In this document: piece after piece, positions 8,506-11,911 of the stretch
Numbering within the stretch: position 1 is the stretch's first letter
How the letters are laid out: the number at the start of each line of letters is the position of its first letter
Made by a program: the position numbers and the translations under genes
Notes under the pieces: generated by a model
Database searches by the model: none
What the model was told of the DNA's origin: nothing
The model's input: only the letters and a program-made list of their open reading frames with translations
From: Acinetobacter geminorum
Lineage (GTDB): Bacteria > Pseudomonadota > Gammaproteobacteria > Pseudomonadales > Moraxellaceae
Reading direction: 5' to 3'
Length of the DNA stretch: 11,911 nucleotides
Assembly (NCBI RefSeq): GCF_013009345.1
Contig: NZ_JABELE010000007.1
Coordinates: 166,704-178,614, forward strand

Positions 8506-8517
8506 GCATTATGCGAA
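8423..8517 (+). other. About 95-nt imperfect (forked) hairpin carrying inverted dif-like half-sites: putative ssDNA attP and/or packaging signal
   Basis: Pairing checked by hand. 8423-8433 pairs with 8507-8517 (XerC-arm-like TTCG(T/C)ATAATG). A 7-nt bulge follows at 8434-8440. 8441-8446 pairs with 8501-8506, with a 1-nt bulge at c8500. 8447-8452 pairs with 8494-8499, followed by 2 mismatches. 8455-8461 pairs with 8485-8491, with a bulge at a8462. 8463-8468 pairs with 8479-8484, closing a 10-nt loop. Confidence 0.65.
8457..8494 (+). terminator. Rho-independent terminator-like hairpin forming the tip of the att/packaging hairpin
   Basis: gcccc(a)gtgaga - 10-nt loop - tctcacggggc followed by ttttt (8490-8494). 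In the circular phage map it sits just after the last + strand ORF, as the f1 packaging-signal hairpin doubles as the gene IV terminator. Confidence 0.6.
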
Positions 8518-8533
8518 TTTGAAGCCGAGGCGG

Positions 8534-8578
8534 GGAGTCCACGTCTTCTAATGGTGGACTCTAGTCCGAAATTTCGGA
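8534..8578 (+). other. Ff-type (+)-strand origin core: nick-site hairpin plus adjacent Rep-binding palindrome
   Basis: ggagtccacgt (8534-8544) and gtggactct (8554-8562) are identical to the f1 origin core as I recall it (GGAGTCCACGTTCTTTAATAGTGGACTCTTGTTCCAAACTGGAACAA). Same 8-bp stem and the same 11-nt loop length (gtcttctaatg versus GTTCTTTAATA). A second inverted repeat, tccgaaatttcgga (8565-8578), follows immediately. Confidence 0.75.
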
Positions 8579-8582
8579 ATTT

Positions 8583-8795
8583 TTATAGATCTTTTGCGTT
8601 TCTTACAACTACTTTTCCATGTGCTGATATCTCAACATTTTCTATAGCTTGATCAAGGATGATGTGTACAAGCTCACTATCCTTGATCGGCTGTAGATTT
8701 TTATTGATCAGAATTTTATTGAGCTCTACACACTTCTTTCGTAGAGATTCTTGCTCTTTGTCATTTAAACGAACTGTTACTGCCATTTTCGTCAC
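8583..8795 (-). CDS. Small DNA-binding regulator, probably ribbon-helix-helix (Arc/CopG-like) phage repressor
   Basis: 70 aa, divergent from rep. The N-terminus (M)AVTVRLNDKEQESLRKKCVELNKIL fits a beta-strand followed by helix A, and DSELVHIILDQAIENV fits helix B. The listed start at 8795 is GTG; an ATG at 8786 (MAVTVRL, 67 aa) is an alternative. No good SD for either. Confidence 0.55.
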   Translation of the reverse strand: MTKMAVTVRLNDKEQESLRKKCVELNKILINKNLQPIKDSELVHIILDQAIENVEISAHGKVVVRNAKDL

Positions 8796-8915
8796 ATTTT
8801 CGGGTTATTAACTTGCATACAATATTACTTGTATATCTGTTATATGTGCTTGCTATTCATGTGTAATTGTATTAAATTCCGCTTAATGTTATTTGTATAC
8901 ATGCGTAATTAGACC
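8796..8915. promoter_or_regulatory. Divergent control region between the regulator and rep
   Basis: Candidate + strand promoter TTGCTA (8850-8855) - 17 nt - TAAATT (8873-8878), about 35 nt upstream of the rep ATG. Repeated word TTGTATA at 8829-8835 and 8893-8899, and its near-complement cATACAA at 8816-8822, forming an inverted repeat atacaa-N6-ttgtat. These are plausible operators. No experimental support. Confidence 0.4.
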
Positions 8916-9800
8916 ATGCTAGATCATATTTGCATAAATGCGCCTTTTGAATCCAGCTTCTACTCAGTAGATGCGGAAGGGCGTTATTTTTTTGTAGATA
9001 TCGATCTTCACAGTATAGAAATACCGCTTGCTTCTCGTTCTGTTCATAAGAATGACGATGGTTCAATTTCTGCTGCTGCGTTATTCCATCCGTTTGAGTC
9101 GGTTCCGACTCATTACACTGGTATGGCAATGAAAGTTTTTTTTGATTCTTCGTATGAACCTTTTGTACAGATCAAGGCTTCTCCTGCGAAATTGCTGCAA
9201 GGGCATAATGTCTTTGGCAGCGACAACATAGAGCAGGGTGCTATGGAAATGATCGGCTTCTTACATGAAGCTTATCCGCTTCTTGCAAGGATGCTAGATT
9301 GGCCTCGTGCATGGGTTTCACATATTGATGTGACTTACTCAGTACGATTGAAAGACCAGAACACAGCTAAAAAAGTTTTGGATTTCTTGAGCAATGTCAG
9401 CAATGGCCAGACTCGTTTAAGTAACAAGCGTTTCGACAGTTCAGTATATTGGGGAGGTCAGACTTCAAGACTTGTGAATCACAAGTGTTATATGAAGCAT
9501 GACGAATTTATCGCTCAATTTGAGGAGTATAAGCAACTTGCAAAGAAGAACGATAAAGCAGCTCAACGAGTTGTTGATGTCATGTCCAATTCGGATCTGA
9601 TTAACTGGACTGTCGGTCTTTTACGTTTTGAATCACGTTTAAAAAAACGTTGGCTTGAACGTAATGGAATTCCTACCAATCTCAGTTATGAAACCTTTTG
9701 TTTAGGGGCCTCTTATGCTCGACCGTGGATTATTTTTGTAGGCATGTTAACTGCCTTCTTCATTGTCACTGGACATTATCGAGGGGGTAGTAATGATTAG
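8916..9800 (+). CDS. Rolling-circle replication initiator, filamentous-phage gene II (gpII / Phage_CRI) family, C-terminally short
   Basis: Motifs shared with f1 gpII as I recall it: HPFESVPTHYTG (f1 HPFESLPTHYSG), IKASPAKLLQGHNVFG (f1 IKASPAKVLQGHNVFG), NVSNGQT, LLRFESRLKKRWL..GIPTNL (f1 LVRFEARIKTRYL..GLPLNL). Candidate catalytic region SSVYWGGQTSR....YMKHDE. It is 294 aa versus 410 aa for f1 gpII. An in-frame stop lies 6 nt upstream of the ATG, so the start is fixed. Confidence 0.9.
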   Translation: MLDHICINAPFESSFYSVDAEGRYFFVDIDLHSIEIPLASRSVHKNDDGSISAAALFHPFESVPTHYTGMAMKVFFDSSYEPFVQIKASPAKLLQGHNVFGSDNIEQGAMEMIGFLHEAYPLLARMLDWPRAWVSHIDVTYSVRLKDQNTAKKVLDFLSNVSNGQTRLSNKRFDSSVYWGGQTSRLVNHKCYMKHDEFIAQFEEYKQLAKKNDKAAQRVVDVMSNSDLINWTVGLLRFESRLKKRWLERNGIPTNLSYETFCLGASYARPWIIFVGMLTAFFIVTGHYRGGSND

Positions 9801-10083
9801 AGGATTAATATTTTTATTGATGTATGTAGGCGAGAAATTCTTAACTACTGCATTTAAAAAATTATTGGCTGGTGCAGGTTTGGGACTTGTTTCATTTGCA
9901 ATTTCACAGTCAGTTTTTTCAATTTTACTTAACTATGTAAACAATCAATTTCAGCAGCTTTCAGGTCTATTTTATTTAATTGACCTTGCGGGGGTTGATG
10001 TTGCTATCAGCTATATTTTGTCTGCAATTTCAATACGCATAACAATGAACGCGGGCAAATTATCGATTAGGAAACTACAATAA
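9793..10083 (+). CDS. Small hydrophobic virion/assembly protein, pVI / Ace-like (96 aa from the ATG)
   Basis: The ORF track starts at a TTG (9763). ATG at 9793 is preceded by GAGGGGG (9781-9787), giving MIRGLIFLLMYVG.... It has several hydrophobic segments, is similar in size to f1 pVI (112 aa) and CTXphi Ace (97 aa), and sits immediately upstream of the pI/Zot gene with a TAATG stop/start overlap at 10081-10085. Confidence 0.65.
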   Translation: MIRGLIFLLMYVGEKFLTTAFKKLLAGAGLGLVSFAISQSVFSILLNYVNNQFQQLSGLFYLIDLAGVDVAISYILSAISIRITMNAGKLSIRKLQ

Positions 10084-11567
10084 TGTTATACGCTATCATT
10101 GCAAAGCCTGGTCAGGGGAAATCATATTTTGCTGTTGTTCGTATGTATGAAGAGCAGCAAAAAAATTTAGAAAATCTTAAAAAGAATGCTCCTATTTTTG
10201 AAGAAAATAGAAAGTTACTAGAAGATCGTGATCTACTAAAACGTGATTTTACGTATACCTATGAGCTAGGTGATAAAACACTTCAAAAAACCTCTAATCA
10301 TGAAGATTTCGATGTGTTGGAGGATGCGGAGCAGTTTGAGGAATATTTCGAATATTACTTTTTTTATAATAAATATATTGAGCAGATTACCAAAGAGGAA
10401 GGAATTGCATTAACTGCATTGCTTCCAGTAAGGCAAATTTATTCAAATATTAACGGTTTAAAAATTGCAGGTGTTTTGCCATTTCCAGATATTGACTGGC
10501 GTAAAACTCCGATGGGTTCTATTCATTACATTGATGAGATTCGTAGACGTCCTCCTTACAAATGGGAAGGCCGAGTACCATCTCAAGATCCAATTATTTT
10601 AGGTATGTCTGAGGTGCGTCATACCGATAAAGATGTATGGCTTATTTCTCAAGATGCAGAAGATTTAAACTATTCGCTTAGACAGTTAATCGATAAGCTG
10701 TATTTTGTTAAAAGACCACCTCAAAACCCACAGGCTTGCGGTATTTATGTATTCGATAAATATCTTAGTCGCCCACGTGATGCAGCAGATTCACAACGCG
10801 ATCCGAAGAAGTATGTTGATTATTTTCTGTTAGTTTATAAAAAGAAATTTCAACGCATGTATGTTAGTGCATCTTCTCATACATCAATGAAATTCAGGAT
10901 TTCGCCAAAAGTATTTGCATACATATTTTTGTTTTTTGCCATATTAACGATTGCCATTGTCGGCTTTATGAAAATACCTATTTTTCAAAGTTTTGGCAGT
11001 GCAATTAAGCAAATGACAGGACAGGAAAAAGATGCATTTAGTCAATTACAGTCGGGACCTCAAGTTGCTGATGACAAGTCGAAATCTATGGCTGACAAAT
11101 TAAAATATGAAGCTGAGTGCGGTACTTTAACACCAGAACAATGTGCTGATTTGAAGAATCCAGAAGTCAGAAATAATCAACTACAGCAAGTAAATGATGT
11201 TCGTATGGAGACAATTGCAGTCAAGTACAATCCGAATAGGCCTTATGATGTTGATACTTCAAAGATTGAGTATCAAGTGACGTCTAAGCCTGTATTTGCG
11301 GGCTGTATGAAGAAAAAAGGTAGATATGTTGCTTACACTGAACAGGGCACAATTTTGCATGATGTGAGCCAGTCAGACTGTGCGAAACTGATTGAAGATA
11401 ATGACCGTCCGTACAACTACTTTAAGCAGCAATCACAAGGTTTTTCGCAACCACAGCAGGCACAACAATTGCCACAGCAACCACAACAAGCTGATTACCC
11501 GTCTCGATATAAAGAGGCTGAAATTATCGCTAAGTACGAGGCAGCAAAACAGCAAGGCTTAATTTAA
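10083..11567 (+). CDS. zot: Filamentous-phage assembly ATPase, pI / Zot family
   Basis: N-terminal Walker A AKPGQGKS (residues 7-14) and Walker B HYIDE (148-152). DVWLISQD matches f1 pI DIIFLVQD. One TM helix VFAYIFLFFAILTIAIVGFM (277-296) is followed by a ~198-aa C-terminal domain. AGGAA lies 10 nt upstream, and the start is coupled to the previous gene. Confidence 0.92.
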   Translation: MLYAIIAKPGQGKSYFAVVRMYEEQQKNLENLKKNAPIFEENRKLLEDRDLLKRDFTYTYELGDKTLQKTSNHEDFDVLEDAEQFEEYFEYYFFYNKYIEQITKEEGIALTALLPVRQIYSNINGLKIAGVLPFPDIDWRKTPMGSIHYIDEIRRRPPYKWEGRVPSQDPIILGMSEVRHTDKDVWLISQDAEDLNYSLRQLIDKLYFVKRPPQNPQACGIYVFDKYLSRPRDAADSQRDPKKYVDYFLLVYKKKFQRMYVSASSHTSMKFRISPKVFAYIFLFFAILTIAIVGFMKIPIFQSFGSAIKQMTGQEKDAFSQLQSGPQVADDKSKSMADKLKYEAECGTLTPEQCADLKNPEVRNNQLQQVNDVRMETIAVKYNPNRPYDVDTSKIEYQVTSKPVFAGCMKKKGRYVAYTEQGTILHDVSQSDCAKLIEDNDRPYNYFKQQSQGFSQPQQAQQLPQQPQQADYPSRYKEAEIIAKYEAAKQQGLI

Positions 11568-11625
11568 ATTTCTTCTCTTTGATTACAAAAACCGTCTATT
11601 TGATGTAACGTAGCTGTATAGAAAA

Positions 11626-11709
11626 GTGTCTTCAGGGGAATTGAGACACATCGAGTAAACACTTAAATCTTGTACAATTTTTGCGTGTCTCAAGGCGTAG
11701 TCTAGACAC
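11626..11709. repeat. Two inverted repeats built from the same hexamer: GTGTCT-N12-AGACAC and GTGTCT-N13-AGACAC
   Basis: GTGTCT at 11626-11631 / AGACAC at 11644-11649; GTGTCT at 11685-11690 / AGACAC at 11704-11709. They lie in the 159-nt gap between zot and the 32-aa ORF. Function unknown (operator pair, or ssDNA hairpins of a minus-strand origin). Confidence 0.8.
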
Positions 11710-11726
11710 TTTGGCGGGTGGGATAT

Positions 11727-11825
11727 ATGACAAATGATGATATTGCTTTAGTACTTTTTTTGATTTTTATCTTTTTTGCAGCCCTCTACTATGTTTTGAA
11801 ATCCATTAAAGAAACTTCGCTCTGA
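11727..11825 (+). CDS. 32-aa hydrophobic peptide, candidate small coat protein (pVII/pIX/pVIII-like)
   Basis: Not in the ORF track (too short). ATG at 11727 is preceded by gggtggg. Translation: MTNDDIALVLFLIFIFFAALYYVLKSIKETSL, with an acidic N-terminus, a 19-residue hydrophobic core and a Lys-containing C-terminus. Stop at 11823-11825, 2 nt before the repeat. Short ORFs are easily spurious. Confidence 0.4.
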   Translation: MTNDDIALVLFLIFIFFAALYYVLKSIKETSL

Positions 11826-11827
11826 AA

Positions 11828-11911
11828 GTTCGCATAATGTGATGCACAGATTATGTTACTAAGCCCCAGTGAGAACATTGTTAGTCTCACGGGGCTTTTT
11901 AACATCAATCT
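11828..11911 (+). repeat. Right copy of the 84-nt direct repeat, truncated by the window edge
   Basis: Same sequence as 8422-8505, offset 3,406 bp, with C at 11833. It starts 2 nt after the stop of the 32-aa ORF. Confidence 0.95.
11863..11900 (+). terminator. Second copy of the same terminator-like hairpin, directly downstream of the 32-aa ORF and zot
   Basis: Identical sequence to 8457-8494 (offset 3,406). Hairpin plus T5 about 40 nt after the stop at 11825. Confidence 0.6.

Larger units (their letters stand above)
8422..11911 (+). mobile_element. Integrated Ff-like filamentous phage (inovirus) element using a dif/Xer-type site (IMEX); one 3,406-bp unit (8422-11827) plus the start of a repeat copy
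   Basis: Bounded by an 84-nt direct repeat starting at a XerC-arm-like motif. Contains a gpII-family rep, a pVI-like gene and a pI/Zot gene in Ff order with overlapping starts and stops, an Ff-type ori(+) hairpin and a divergent small regulator. No integrase or transposase. The window ends inside the right repeat. Confidence 0.85.

Noticed and set aside
8872-9129. 85-aa ORF on the minus strand overlapping the rep start
   Set aside because: It is antisense to the 5' end of a Rep gene with strong gpII motifs. It has no SD and no recognisable features. An antisense regulatory transcript cannot be excluded, but there is no evidence for a protein.
9763-9792. TTG-initiated 10-codon extension of the pVI-like ORF
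   Set aside because: The ATG at 9793 has a strong GAGGGGG Shine-Dalgarno at ideal spacing; the TTG has none.
10083-11567. Reading the Zot-family gene as an enterotoxin or virulence factor
   Set aside because: The family name comes from V. cholerae, but the conserved function is the pI morphogenesis ATPase. The toxin-active fragment of Vibrio Zot is not a conserved feature, so nothing here supports toxin activity.

Overview
The window has three blocks. (A) 1-790: the 3' two-thirds of a class III alcohol dehydrogenase / S-(hydroxymethyl)glutathione dehydrogenase gene (adhC/frmA type), ending in a bidirectional rho-independent terminator. (B) 808-7657, all on the minus strand: an orphan 324-aa signal-peptide protein of unknown function, then a classical four-gene chaperone-usher fimbrial operon (177-aa major pilin > PapD-like chaperone > 852-aa usher > 336-aa two-domain tip adhesin). 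Upstream of the operon lie a 96-aa pilin-like mini-ORF and about 1.7 kb of almost ORF-free, extremely AT-rich DNA (about 14% G+C over 300 nt by hand count). (C) 8422-11911 is the most interesting part: an integrase-less, Ff-like filamentous-phage (inovirus) element bounded by an 84-nt direct repeat that begins at a XerC-arm-like motif. It carries a divergent RHH-type regulator, a gpII-family Rep lacking the gpX-equivalent C-terminus, a pVI/Ace-like membrane protein, a pI/Zot assembly ATPase and a 32-aa hydrophobic ORF. It also has an origin hairpin nearly identical to the f1 (+)-origin nick hairpin. A ~95-nt forked hairpin reconstitutes a dif-like XerC/XerD site only when folded as ssDNA, as in the CTXphi attP. 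The repeat unit is only 3,406 bp. Gene order equals Ff with the X-V-VII-IX-VIII-III block removed, and the right-hand repeat looks like the start of a second tandem copy. Composition and gene content look like Acinetobacter, but that is inference; no database search was possible and all homology statements rest on remembered motifs and sequences.
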